Shown: in pieces, positions 8,057 to 19,345 of the stretch | Numbering within the stretch: the stretch's first letter is position 1 | How the letters are laid out: each line of letters begins with the position of its first letter | NCBI GenBank assembly: GCA_000002445.1 | Contig: CP000071.1 | Span: 1,088,001-1,152,000 of the forward strand | DNA length: 64,000 bases | From: Trypanosoma brucei | Lineage: Eukaryota | Direction of reading: 5' to 3' | Translations under genes and position numbers: made by a program | The notes under the pieces: model-generated | Told to the model about the DNA's origin: nothing | What the model saw: the letters and a program-made list of their open reading frames with translations, nothing else | The model's database searches: none

Positions 8057-10966
8057 CTACTTTTTCGACTCTGGCGTAACAACAGCTTGTTTCAGGGACT
8101 CCATAAACTTGACAATGGAGGCATCGTCAGTATATATAACGTCCGACAAATCTGACACGCCGTTTCCACCACGAGCACCACTGTGGTGTGTTGTTGTGGG
8201 ATTCATCCTCGTTTTGATGTGCCGCGCTTCCGATCCGTTAGCGTCTGTTCGCGAGAACCTCGGATACGGGTAACGCATGTCAAGCAGCATGGTGGCCTCG
8301 TTTTCTACTGTTTCAAGCAGCTGTGCGAAGTGGGCGTATTCGGGGTTATCTTGGTACCTCGCTTGTATCCAAGCAAATATAACAGTTCCCCACATAATAT
8401 GAATGTTGAAGAAAGCATCCATCAAGAGGATGTTGTCTGGTCGCAGACTGCAGCTATCAAGTGGAACCGCTGTTGCTGTTGGTGTTTCCATATCGTACGA
8501 GTGCAGCGTCGGTTGGATCATTAAAACACAATTATCTACAGATTCCCGCATTAGCCAGTGTCGCTTGAATGTCGACTCATCGGGTGATATATTAAGGACC
8601 ATGAAGTACTCTGAACGACGCAAGTTAAACACAAACGAAGGAAATAAGGTGAAGCACGGACGAAGTCGCAGCGACTCCGGGGAGCCAGGTGTGAACGAAC
8701 CGTAGCGTCGCACAAACCGCACAAGCACTGTGTCCAACCATCTTTTTGCATCGTTCCACTTGCTTGGATGCTTTTCCAATATGCTTACTGTCATGCGGGC
8801 GAGTACTGTGGCCGCACATGTCTGATCGAATGTGTCGTATTCAGAAAAATACTGCGGGTTAGCCGTGCTCACTCCATCAGCTGTTATTGTAACGGGGGCA
8901 ATGGGAAGTGCCACACTTGTCACGCGGATACGGGATTCGCCGAGTGGGGTGGTGAAATGCGTCACAAATTGTATGAAACGGTTTTGCTGCTGTTGCGGCA
9001 TACCATCCACTTTATTTAGTGTCGCTGTGTCAAAAACCACAGTGTATGTGGTTCCCTGGTCTATAGTACTAACACGCCAGTCTGTTGTCCCACCGACTCC
9101 AATTTCAATGGGCGAGATGGAAGCGCGGTGGGCTTTCGTTCCCGATGTTTTTTCCGCAGCCACACAAGGCCCTAAAACTCCAGAGACGAGTGTGTCGGCA
9201 GATGTGTGCACATGGAGTTTCACACCAAAACCGCTGTTAGCCACTAGAGCACCGGGGGCAGAACCATCAATATCACCAGCACTGCTAATACCACTGCTTT
9301 CGACGCCTGGGGGGCGAAGGTCACAGAGGTCAAAATACCGCTGAAGGGAAATAGTGAACATTTGGTGGTCGAATGTGTCACCACAGATGAAGGTACCACC
9401 CGTTTGGTCCACTGCCTGTCGCATTTCCAGTATGCCTATTTGATCAAAACTCTCGGCAAATACGCTAAGGCTTGCGTTCACATCTAAAAGACGTAGTTGT
9501 ATTTCGTTGTAGAATTTGAAGGCAGCTTCGTAGTAGGGTGTCTCACCCTCGATAATATCACGATGAAACCTCATCATGCTCTCCTTTTCAATGCTAACGA
9601 CGGTGCCCGGACCACGAGTACAAGGACCTCCAGTAAAGAGCAGCACCCGACCCGCCTTCCGTACGGGTGCCACACCAGCTGGCGCAGCGCCCGACATCTC
9701 CTTCTTTACAGGGACTTCGGGCAGGGCTTCAAGCAGTCGCACAGCGGCACTCACCGCCGTCCCAGTTGCTCTCAGAGGACGTTTATTAACGGGTGTCACT
9801 CCATCGTGGCACTGAAGTCCTTCAATGCTTGTTGTTAGTGTAAATTCACACTCCTCCAGTGGTACCAGGAAACGACCGCGAGCTGGGAGGCCATCATTCA
9901 GCTGCAACATATTCCCGAGCTCCGCAGTGGTATAGGCTCGATCGCCCCGTATGCTGTAACATCGTGACAGGGACGAACCGCTCAGATCCCACACAGATAC
10001 GCGAGCCCCAAATGAAACGAGCCCAATGAGCGATTGTGGGGGAAGCCAGTTGAGGCAGCGTTGGATGTTACACTTAAGGGCCTCTAGCTCTTCGACTGCG
10101 ATGCAAGTGTCAATAATGAACACAAACGTCGGAGAAAAGCCGACACCTCTCGTTGCCTGAGCTGTTGTGGGTTGCTCTAGTGGTAAAATGTACTCCACAG
10201 TGTCATTGTGTAGTGCAGGGTGTTCAGGTCTGTAGTGGGGTGGCAGCTGGTTACGGCGTTGGCACGAAAAACACACCCAAAACTTCCCCTCTTCCCTATA
10301 GCAGTGGTGGCTCCAGAACGCCCCACAGTTTTGGCATTGTTGACCACATGCCGTGGGATCGCCAATAACCATACGAGATGCATCGATGGGAAACAAAGGA
10401 GTGTACATGCAAGCGAGGGGGATAACCATCTCTGGAAGTGTGAGGGCTGCAGCAGAGGGCGCTTCCTGCTTTCCGTCACGGGTATGGTTTGGGTATGTGC
10501 TCCAAGTCCACCTCAAACCATTCTCATCAGTGCATTCCGCTGCTGGTGGTGGTGGCGGTACGTGGGAAGCAGTTGTAGCGGATGCGCCACTACCCGTCGG
10601 TGCGACCGCTCCGCCAACATGGGAAGCAGCAGCCGCTCCTACTGCCGTTGGTGGGGCAAACATGTTGGTGTCATTAGTGTTGGCAGGGTTATGTATACCT
10701 TGCTGAGGTGCGTATTGCTGCTGCCACGGCGTCTGGTTGGCATTATAATTGTAATTATTCATTTGCTGCTGCAACTGTGTGTACTGGTTCGAATACGTAC
10801 CCTCAGCGGTACCGCCCCCGTATTGAGCATTGTGGCCCTCCATGAGAGTAGCTGGGTCCTGATACGACACATAACCCTGCTTAACATCCTGGGTAGGATA
10901 CAACCCTTGATAATCCGCTTGCCGCGGGTAACCTCCGTAGGATTGCTGTGGTACGTGTCCTTGCAT
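8057..10966 (-). CDS. SEC23: COPII coat subunit Sec23 with an N-terminal low-complexity extension
   Basis: 969-aa ORF. The zinc-finger region CGQQCQNCGAFWSHHCYREEGKFWVCFSCQRRNQLPP matches the Sec23 LWACNFCxQRNxFPP pattern. FIQFVTHFTTPLGESRIRVTSVA matches the conserved Sec23 IQFxTxYQHxxGxxRIRVTT block. The first ~125 residues are rich in Q, Y, G and N. Confidence 0.75.
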   Translation of the reverse strand: MQGHVPQQSYGGYPRQADYQGLYPTQDVKQGYVSYQDPATLMEGHNAQYGGGTAEGTYSNQYTQLQQQMNNYNYNANQTPWQQQYAPQQGIHNPANTNDTNMFAPPTAVGAAAASHVGGAVAPTGSGASATTASHVPPPPPAAECTDENGLRWTWSTYPNHTRDGKQEAPSAAALTLPEMVIPLACMYTPLFPIDASRMVIGDPTACGQQCQNCGAFWSHHCYREEGKFWVCFSCQRRNQLPPHYRPEHPALHNDTVEYILPLEQPTTAQATRGVGFSPTFVFIIDTCIAVEELEALKCNIQRCLNWLPPQSLIGLVSFGARVSVWDLSGSSLSRCYSIRGDRAYTTAELGNMLQLNDGLPARGRFLVPLEECEFTLTTSIEGLQCHDGVTPVNKRPLRATGTAVSAAVRLLEALPEVPVKKEMSGAAPAGVAPVRKAGRVLLFTGGPCTRGPGTVVSIEKESMMRFHRDIIEGETPYYEAAFKFYNEIQLRLLDVNASLSVFAESFDQIGILEMRQAVDQTGGTFICGDTFDHQMFTISLQRYFDLCDLRPPGVESSGISSAGDIDGSAPGALVANSGFGVKLHVHTSADTLVSGVLGPCVAAEKTSGTKAHRASISPIEIGVGGTTDWRVSTIDQGTTYTVVFDTATLNKVDGMPQQQQNRFIQFVTHFTTPLGESRIRVTSVALPIAPVTITADGVSTANPQYFSEYDTFDQTCAATVLARMTVSILEKHPSKWNDAKRWLDTVLVRFVRRYGSFTPGSPESLRLRPCFTLFPSFVFNLRRSEYFMVLNISPDESTFKRHWLMRESVDNCVLMIQPTLHSYDMETPTATAVPLDSCSLRPDNILLMDAFFNIHIMWGTVIFAWIQARYQDNPEYAHFAQLLETVENEATMLLDMRYPYPRFSRTDANGSEARHIKTRMNPTTTHHSGARGGNGVSDLSDVIYTDDASIVKFMESLKQAVVTPESKK

Positions 10967-12891
10967 ATCAATGGAACGGTAGCCCCTTCCCCTTCACTTC
11001 CTTTTTCCTTCAAATTCAAAAGCGAACAAATGGCACTTCAGCTAGTTGCCCTCTTCTGTGAACTCACGGGATACAAACAGCCTTCTCTCGCTTCTTATTT
11101 TTACCAGAGGGACAGCTAACACACTTGTCCTATTGGTGTTTACTAATTCTGCTGAATCCTTCCAAAAAGGCTAAATACTCACACGTTACTTCACGTGCCG
11201 CTTCCGTCGCTACACCTTGTAGGGGGCAGCGCTGCACGCTTAGTCAACTCCGAGAGTTACAAGAAAAAAAAAAGGCAGCACCTTACAGAAAAGGGAAGAA
11301 AATCGTTTTAGTTTCCGGTTCTCACGGGTAGGAATAAAACATTTCTCGGCCCCTCCTCTCACCTTGTTCGACACTCAACCTCAAGAACTGCCTTTTACGG
11401 GAAAGAACTTGTGGCGCTTAATATTTGTGTTTGCAACAAGAATCGAACCTGGAGATGAGTGCACCGTACTCCCTCCCCACCACCACGCGTTCGTTTCTAT
11501 GTATTTGTACTCCCCTGGTGTATTTGTCCCTCCGCGTCAGCTCGATTAGTGTGCTGGCTGAATTTGCTCAGTCTATCACCGCCCAACAAAAGAAAGAATA
11601 CCACAGAAGTATAACTTGGGGGAGGTCCAAACAGTGTAGAGCGACGCATCTTAGAGGTGAAGGAAGTAAACCACACCAATGGCAATAAGAGAAAGGTCGA
11701 AGAAAAAGAAACGACCACTTGTTCCATTTCCTCTGATTCCTGTGCCTAATGCTCCATACCCCTCCTCCAACCGTCTCGTCTTTTGAATTCTCCGTTCTCC
11801 TTTTCCCTCTTTGTTAAAACTCAGAAGAGACATGATCTAATTTTCGTGCGCCAAAGGCACTGCGCAGGACGGTGGCGCTGAAAAGTAATACAGCAACATC
11901 AAACACCAGCGACAAGAGCACCGCGATCTCTCATTTCCTGCTGAAGCTATTTTATTTCTTTTACCTTTTCCCTCACCATCCTGCCTTTGGGTGTGAAAGT
12001 GGTATCTACACCTCCCTTCACGCACTAAAGATAATAAAGCGAAATACAAAAGGCAGAAGGGAGGGGGAAAAAAAAAAAGGAACATTGGGCCTGTACAAAG
12101 CGTTTTTAAAACACACACATGCACAAATAAATGCATCTTCTGACGGAAGTGGCTGCATGGGCAAAGAGTGAGGGAGGGAGGGAAAGGTGAAAAGGAAAGG
12201 GGGGACGAAGAAGGGGCACGACGTAGCGCCAGCGGGAACTGGAAGCAGGAAAAAATTGATGGGAGGTAAGAGACGCAGGAGAATGTACGAAACAAAAGGA
12301 GAAAAACAGGAAACAAAACCAACATTATTCAGTTTTGTTTCCCTCCATTCTTCATACAATGCTCAAATAGTTTCCTTCCTTCCCATATACATGCTACCCC
12401 ACTCTGAGACGTCACGCCATACATCAACTTTCATTTCTATCACCATTCATATGTATGTGCGGTTTTGTCGACTGACAAAAACAAAAACAAGAGGAAAGCG
12501 CAGAAATCATAATTATTTTCCCATAATCCTCACTAAGCGAAAAATAAGGTAAACAAACAATCACCTTCAATTAAGATAATATCATATCTTCTATCAGTGT
12601 AGACCCTCTTACCATCTACATTTGACACAACGTCGGTGAATGGCCTTATCCACGCCTAAACCGTGCATTTCACCCACTAAAGTCACTACCCTCATGAAAC
12701 TACACGCGTATATATTCGCAGAGGCGTCCATAGTCAGGTGAGCGAAATGCACATAACCGATCCTTTTCGTGTCGCAGAGCCCCGCATGGTTCGGTTTTGG
12801 GAGCGCTTTGTGGAGGAAAGCAGCTGATCATATATAATCACGCACAAGCAGCAGTTTCCTCGCTCCAACCGTACCATACGCACACAAACCG

Positions 12892-14829
12892 TTAATCACG
12901 ACTTATAGCGAAACGTAACAACTCATCTCCTGACGAAACTACGACTACGTCCTGATCGTTCGAGCTCCCATTTCGTTTCGTGCCAACCACCTCACCGCCA
13001 CCGAACTCCACCACACGTTGCAGCATCGTTTTCACCACTCCTTCCGGCATTGTCAAAAGAAACCGTTGACATCTTAACGGTGGCGGGAAGTACCGGAGTC
13101 CGCCCTCAACTTCCTCATCCAACCAGAAACCGGCACCGAGTGAATCAAACACATATGACGGCTGAACTAACCATTTTGAGGACACAACACCGCACAACGC
13201 TTTCACGCTCCGTGGGGGACCACGGAGAACAATATGTGTTGTGTTCAGCGGAAGAATTTCATCTACCTTGTTATCAACAAGGACCGCGCGCTGACCGAGT
13301 TTCTGGATCGCCTCCATCACACTGTTCCGTTCCTTTTCTGTTAGACTCGTCGTAATAAAGTAACGTGGCTGCACTGCCCCTCGCTTCGGATCGACAGGAG
13401 AAGGGGAACGAGTGGACCCTCCAACAGCAGAGGAGGCACCGCTCACTGGGCGAAACGGTCGGCGGAGTCCACGACTACTTGGAGTTGCCATCAGTGCAGA
13501 ACCGCTCGATGATGCGACGGGGGAAAGACCTCCTGTGCGTTGACGGAGCGCTACCGCGCCAGATCTCGGCTGCATTTGAACACTTTCACTTCGTTGTTGC
13601 TGGAACTGTTGCCGACTGTTGCTCACAGCTTCCACTAGAGTGCACGCAGCCGATGTATAAGAGGTTTGTGCACGCAAGATGTTGGAACCAACCGCAGGTT
13701 GATACCCCATGCCGTCGAGGCACGTCTGTTGTGCCTCCGCCGTCGGCGAATTGAGTTCCTTCTTCACCACAGGAGAACCTTTTTTGACGTATTCATCCGT
13801 TTCGGAAATCCTGTCGGCTACAGTATAGCTGGGGGTGCGGGGATTCCGCTTCTTGAGGGGTCTGGTGGGAGTCGTGGAAACAGTGCCCTCGCGCTCTCGT
13901 TTCACTGAGTGACTGTTTTTAGTGGTGACTGGTGCGGACCTGTCGTCGCTGGTGGTGGCACTCATCCACGCATTCCCATCGGGGTGTGGAAGTGTGTACG
14001 GTTGATTCGGTCCACTACCAGATGATGTTGTGGTTAATCCTCTGGTGTGATTTACAGTATTAGAAAGCGGTTGCCCTGAGGTGGTAGATACGGAATTACC
14101 CCCGCCAACATTATTGGCACAAACAGCCGTCTGGTAGTTCCTAGCGGCAGTTACCAACTCCTGTGCACTTACCAACTTCCGCACTGCGGCTTCATGCGTC
14201 TGTGTGAGGGATTTTATCTTTAATTCATAGTTTTTTTTCATCTCATGAACCTCTAAGTTATGTTGAGTTGCGTGTTTCTCTAATGCGCTCTCTTTCTCCT
14301 CAACAACCCCCTGTAGATGTCCTATCGTTCGCTTAAGTCTCGCCACTTCCTCTTCAAGATCAAGGACACGCTGCGTATCGACGACGGGTTCACTCCTCTT
14401 CCCTTGTCTCCGGTGTGATTGCTTCTCTAGTTCTTTGTAGCGAGCCATGAGCCGCTCATAACGCTCAACAGAAACGACGCCATATTTCCCTACATCGCTT
14501 TTGCTGTCACCACGCGACTGTAAGTTACTGCTTTCAGACGCAGTTGCCACTGGTGAGGGCCAGCGAGTTTGCTGACGTGGGGGTTCAACATTTAAGCCAC
14601 CTGCCATGAGAGAAGATGCTGCTCCCATATCTGTTGTAGCCGTATTTTGCAGTGTGCGCGGCTGGGGGCATAACGCAGCAATTTGTTCTAGACCCACCCC
14701 TCCAGGGCGGGCACCAGTGGCACCATCACCATGTCCAGGTGACAGAAGTGCTAAAATTCCCTGCATCTGAGTAATCAGCTGGGGATTAGATGCGAGTTGC
14801 TGTAGCACAGACAGTGGATTGTCTCCCAT
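12892..14829 (-). CDS. Hypothetical protein with a central coiled coil and a C-terminal BRCT domain
   Basis: 645-aa ORF. Heptad-rich segment ERYERLMARYKELEKQ...LEEEVARLKRTIGHLQGVVEEKESALEK. The C-terminus HIVLRGPPRSVKALCGVVSSKWLVQPSYVFDSLGAGFWLDEE fits the BRCT fold signature (W...S.....G...DE). Confidence 0.5.
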   Translation of the reverse strand: MGDNPLSVLQQLASNPQLITQMQGILALLSPGHGDGATGARPGGVGLEQIAALCPQPRTLQNTATTDMGAASSLMAGGLNVEPPRQQTRWPSPVATASESSNLQSRGDSKSDVGKYGVVSVERYERLMARYKELEKQSHRRQGKRSEPVVDTQRVLDLEEEVARLKRTIGHLQGVVEEKESALEKHATQHNLEVHEMKKNYELKIKSLTQTHEAAVRKLVSAQELVTAARNYQTAVCANNVGGGNSVSTTSGQPLSNTVNHTRGLTTTSSGSGPNQPYTLPHPDGNAWMSATTSDDRSAPVTTKNSHSVKREREGTVSTTPTRPLKKRNPRTPSYTVADRISETDEYVKKGSPVVKKELNSPTAEAQQTCLDGMGYQPAVGSNILRAQTSYTSAACTLVEAVSNSRQQFQQQRSESVQMQPRSGAVALRQRTGGLSPVASSSGSALMATPSSRGLRRPFRPVSGASSAVGGSTRSPSPVDPKRGAVQPRYFITTSLTEKERNSVMEAIQKLGQRAVLVDNKVDEILPLNTTHIVLRGPPRSVKALCGVVSSKWLVQPSYVFDSLGAGFWLDEEVEGGLRYFPPPLRCQRFLLTMPEGVVKTMLQRVVEFGGGEVVGTKRNGSSNDQDVVVVSSGDELLRFAISRD

Positions 14830-15246
14830 CCTTATTCCTCTGATCTAGCCCCCTTTTGCTGTTGTGTAACTAAAATAGAAAGCGTAAGCAAAAAAAAAAG
14901 AAAATATTCGTCGAGATACTCACGTAAACACATGGATAAGAACAAGTGCAACTGATTTCACACATGGAAATATATGCGTACACACAGCAACCATATATTT
15001 CGCCCTTTGTGTTGTTTCCCCTCCCCTTCTCATCTAATGAGATGCCTTTGTTCTTTCCTCCTTCCTTCCCTTTGGAATCCCCTTTACGCCCATTCACCCA
15101 CGTGCGCACAAGGGTGCAAACTCGTGTTTATACACATATAGCCACATTATATGCGGTGTTTGGTATATAACATATACTCCCTGCTTATTCCTTTCTTTCA
15201 TCCACCCATTTAATTTCTCTTCGTCTTGGCAGGAATGCATATAAAC

Positions 15247-15264
15247 ATATATATATATATATAT
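15247..15264. repeat. (TA)9 microsatellite
   Basis: Direct reading. Confidence 0.9.
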
Positions 15265-16949
15265 TTGAATGATGCTCAGTTAAATGCATGGAATAATAAG
15301 TACTTCATCCAACCTTCATCCACTACGGCTTCGGTTCGCGCTCGCCCACCAACAACTTTGTCCCCTTCTTTTTTGCTTCCTGTTTTGAAGGAAAAAAAGA
15401 GGCCCATGCCGTATAAATAAATAAACACCAGTAACATCCGAACGGTGTGGTGGGAACACCAAGAAAATAAACAAATAAACACGAGTGCGAAGAACAGCAA
15501 AAAAAGGGGAAAAAATAAATTAGTTGATAAATAAATATAACAAGAATGGAAAAGAGACCGACGCGTAAATGGATGAGGGAAGGAAAAGGAAAGGAAGATG
15601 TAACACTCAGTGGAATAAAGAAATCATTCCATACTCCCGGATCGCCACACGTAAATAAATTGAAGAACAAACAGTGCATAAAGAAGATAAGAACCCTTTG
15701 CTGAACGACAAGCAGCGGGGGAGGGGAGGGGGGCGGAATCGGAAATGCGGTGGTGGTACCAAACAGAGCCGCGGAGTTCGATAAAGCACCGAGTGAGTTA
15801 TTACCTTCACTTGGCCACTTGAGGCGACACTGTGGAGAGGGAAGCAAAAAAATCAGCAAAAAAGAAAGCGAAAGGAAGTGAAAGAAAGAAAAATTCATCG
15901 AACGGAAAAATAATTTTAATGACAATAATAACAATAACAATAATAATAATAATAATGACGAACACGCTTTCGGGTGAACAGGCGGAATGATTTGCGGGAA
16001 CGAAACGGGGGAGAGGGAAGAAATGGGACACTCCCCAACACAACATTAGATATTGTCTGACAAGAACGACAACAACAACAGCAGCAGCAAAGCACACACT
16101 CCGAGCCAACAGAAGAAAAAAGGGCGGGTGGAGGCCTAAAGATCGCATATGACGGGCGAACCAAAAACAACAACAACACAAAAATAAGATGGATCTCTAC
16201 AAAGAGACAACAAATGTGCTTGAGAAGTTGTACATTTGCATGTGTGACCCTCACAAGTAATCGAACAAGGGCAAAAATGAAGGGGTGGGGATGGAAACGT
16301 GGAAATGAGGCAACAGTGCCCCCCTACTAACAGAGGAGAAAAAAAAAAACGGCAACACATACGAATTTACATCGTTATGTGAACTCCTCCATCCCTTCCC
16401 TTTTTCGTTGAGTTCTGGAATCCGTCCACATAATTCCAGGGCCTCTGTTCCAAACCATACTTCTTGGTTAGATCCAAGACAAAGACAAAACAACGACAAA
16501 ATATCTGTCTTTTTTTTCTCCCTCCCCTCTTGCGTCGTTGACACGGTTACCATTCCTTCCCTCCATGAATACCTGCCCAGCCCCTGTACCTTCACTTTGC
16601 TTCTCAACAGTTCACAGCATCACTTGAACCAATACAAAATATGAGGGATCCCCTCACCCCTTCTCTTCTCCGTCCCTTTCACTGTCTCAGTCTACGCGAG
16701 TGTCAGCAGATTAGTCACAACATTTCCCACATATTCGATGTAAATGTGTGCTACATGCATATGCAATAAACAAACAAGTATATATAACACTGATTATGAA
16801 AACGTGAACAAACAAACTCACATACAGATATACATACATACACACACACACTTGTACTGCTAACGCTTCCTCACTTCCAAATCATCCATGATATCGTTCC
16901 TCAGTGCATATCTGCCGTTACCAAAGCCGTGTACCCCACTTTTAAACCT

Positions 16950-18263
16950 TCACCCCTTTACTGAACGCGCCAATTCCTCCGCCACGCTATCAATAAACAC
17001 TTCTGTTGTCTCGTAGTGAGACCGTTGCAGTGCTGCTGCCCCGTGCACGCAAAGCGCAAGGTCCTTCGTCATGTGCCCACCCTCGATGGTTTTGATCGTT
17101 GCCCTCTCGAGGGAGGAAGCAAACTCCACCAGTGGCGCATTCCCATCTAATTTCCCACGATGAGCTAATCCACGGGTCCATGCGAATATTGATGCAACAG
17201 AATTCGTGCTTGTTTCTTTCCCCTTTTGGTGCTCGCGATAGTGCCTTGTTACTGTCCCATGAGCTGCTTCCGACTCAATTGTTTTACCGTCCGGACATAA
17301 CAACACCGAAGTCATGAGACCCAATGAACCAAAGCCTTGCGCGACTATGTCACTTTGCACGTCGCCATCGTAGTTCTTACAGGCCCACACGAACCCACCG
17401 TTGCCCTTAATCATTTGTGCTACCTGATCGTCAATGAGTCGGTGCACATAAGTTAGATTCAGTCGCTCAAACTGTTCACGATATTTTGTGTCATACATGC
17501 GCTGGAACGTTTCAAGAAACAAACCGTCATACTTTTTGAGGATGGTGTTCTTCGTAGAGAGTACGAGGGGGTAGCGCCGCATGATGGCGTATTCGAAACA
17601 ACTCTCCGCAAACGCTTCAACACTCTCCCGTGTATTGTACATGGCAAGTCCGACACCCTCACCCTTAAAGTTGAATACCTCCAGCACTTGCGGCGACCCG
17701 CCATTAGCTGGTGTATGCACAAGTTCCAGACGACCGGGGGGGAAAAGAGATTCCGTTGCTTTGTACTGATCACCATATGCGTGACGACCAACAATAATCG
17801 GTTCACTCCACTGGGGCACCACGCGAGGGACGTTCTTCACAATGATTGGCTCACGAAACACCGTGCCACCAAGAATGTTACGAATTGTCCCGTTAGGACT
17901 CTTCCACATCTTCTTCAAGTTAAACTCCTTCACACGAGCCTCATCGGGAGTTATGGTCGCACATTTAATACCCACGTTATGTCGTTGTATGGCCTCCGCT
18001 GCCTGTTCAGTAACTTTATCATTACTTGCGTCCCTACTCGTAATACTGAGGTCGTAGTACTCAATAGGAACATCGACATGGGGTAAAATGAGTTTCTCCT
18101 TTATAAGTGCCCATATGATCCGTGTCATCTCATCACCATCCATGTCAACAACCGTCCCACTCACCTTAATGCGACCCAAGCTTGGACGTGTTGTAGACAC
18201 AAAGCGCGGTGTTAATGCACCTGCGTTCACAGAGGAAGCTGCACAGGCTACACGGCGGAACAT
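16950..18263 (-). CDS. IDH: NADP-dependent isocitrate dehydrogenase, mitochondrial-type precursor
   Basis: 437-aa ORF. Arg-rich N-terminal presequence [31 protein letters not shown], followed by canonical dimeric NADP-IDH blocks: [26 protein letters not shown], and a C-terminal NADP-binding region. Confidence 0.9.
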   Translation of the reverse strand: MFRRVACAASSVNAGALTPRFVSTTRPSLGRIKVSGTVVDMDGDEMTRIIWALIKEKLILPHVDVPIEYYDLSITSRDASNDKVTEQAAEAIQRHNVGIKCATITPDEARVKEFNLKKMWKSPNGTIRNILGGTVFREPIIVKNVPRVVPQWSEPIIVGRHAYGDQYKATESLFPPGRLELVHTPANGGSPQVLEVFNFKGEGVGLAMYNTRESVEAFAESCFEYAIMRRYPLVLSTKNTILKKYDGLFLETFQRMYDTKYREQFERLNLTYVHRLIDDQVAQMIKGNGGFVWACKNYDGDVQSDIVAQGFGSLGLMTSVLLCPDGKTIESEAAHGTVTRHYREHQKGKETSTNSVASIFAWTRGLAHRGKLDGNAPLVEFASSLERATIKTIEGGHMTKDLALCVHGAAALQRSHYETTEVFIDSVAEELARSVKG

Positions 18264-18540
18264 AGTTTACACTAACCCGTTCTGTGATCACTTTTCTTCT
18301 ATATGTTTTCCTTTTTTTTTTACTTTTTTTTTCTCCACTATCACTTCGTACACAACCAACCTCCTTCTTTTGTCCTTTTTTGAACTGTTCGTTTTGTGCT
18401 TGCTGTTCACTAAGAACGCAAGCTTCCTTATTTTTAGAGACCTTTTTTTTTCTTTGCTTCAGTTTCTGTGGGTATGCACGTCTCTCTGTGGAAAGTGGCT
18501 TTGTTAGTGAAGAAATACGTACTTGAAAGATATAATAGTG

Positions 18541-18620
18541 ATAACAAAAAATGAAGGATAAAGGTAACGCATAATCCACTGATGAAAGTAGGTGGTAAAA
18601 GTAGAGTCGAAGAAAATAAG
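18541..18620 (-). promoter_or_regulatory. Candidate polypyrimidine tract (on the minus strand) and trans-splice acceptor region for the IDH mRNA
   Basis: The plus strand is purine-rich here, so the minus strand is pyrimidine-rich. It lies 280-360 nt upstream of the IDH ATG. This is expected for kinetoplastid SL trans-splicing but has not been mapped. Confidence 0.3.
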
Positions 18621-18624
18621 TCAA

Positions 18625-18672
18625 CACACACACACACACACACAAACGAACAAACATATATATATATATATA
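18625..18672. repeat. Compound (CA)10...(TA)8 microsatellite upstream of the IDH gene
   Basis: cacacacacacacacacacaaacgaacaaacatatatatatatatata. Confidence 0.9.
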
Positions 18673-19345
18673 CAAAAGGAATGGGTGAGCACGTAATGGT
18701 CTCCTTCCTTTTCCTCTTTCCCCCGGTTCCATTCACACTCCTCCTCGCCTTCCCTCCTTCCTGTACATCACGTGCGGCAAGCAACATTTACAAACTCACC
18801 GACACACAAAAACACACACAATATTTAAAACCAAACAAAGTACAAGAGGCAAATCACACTATAAAAAGAGGGGGAGGAAAAGCAATTAGGAACAGGAATA
18901 GAAGAGAAGCTAATGTTCTTTTATTTATTCGATGCTCGGTTTGGAAAACATAGCATGGTCCAAGCAAACCATGCGTTCCCTACACTCATGAATAATAACG
19001 GGAACAACATATGTGGATGGATGACGAACCCGAAAGGAGGGGGAAAAAAAAAGACGAAAGAGAGAAAGAGTTCAACAAAACATTATTATTTTTCTCTTTT
19101 TTTTGGTTTTTTTTCCGCGGGTTAACTATGTAAATGACGTTTCCATTTCATACAGCAACATAAATCAAAACACAAGACAACACACACACACGGAACCTAG
19201 TATATAACTGTACACGCAACACATCTCTTTATTTTTGCTCGTTTGCTAATTATTTTCCACTCTGACCTTTGCAGGCCGCCGCTACGCACGACGCCACATT
19301 AAACCCGAATAATAAAGAAGGCATCCATTCTGAAACACGGTAACC

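Noticed and set aside
10220-11119. 299-aa plus-strand ORF, and similar plus-strand ORFs at 25830..26456 (208 aa) and 52543..53247 (234 aa)
   Set aside because: Each lies entirely antisense to a well-supported minus-strand gene (Sec23, exonuclease, DEAD-box helicase). They have low-complexity A/R/S/P-rich translations typical of antisense frames in GC-balanced coding sequence, and no recognisable motifs.
11425-11460. tRNA-like T-arm string (reverse complement GGTTCGATTC) at about 11431-11450
   Set aside because: Only the GGTTCGATTC box matches. Flanking sequence cannot be folded into acceptor or anticodon stems by eye, and tRNA genes in these genomes cluster at strand-switch regions, which are absent here.
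18166-18732. 188-aa minus-strand ORF overlapping the IDH start, and similar ORFs at 15323..15940, 49073..49408, 60238..60711
   Set aside because: Their translations are dominated by microsatellite-encoded peptides (LYIYIYMFVRLCVCVCV, IYIYIYI…) and poly-F/L low complexity. They overlap UTR-like spacers and have no domain signal.
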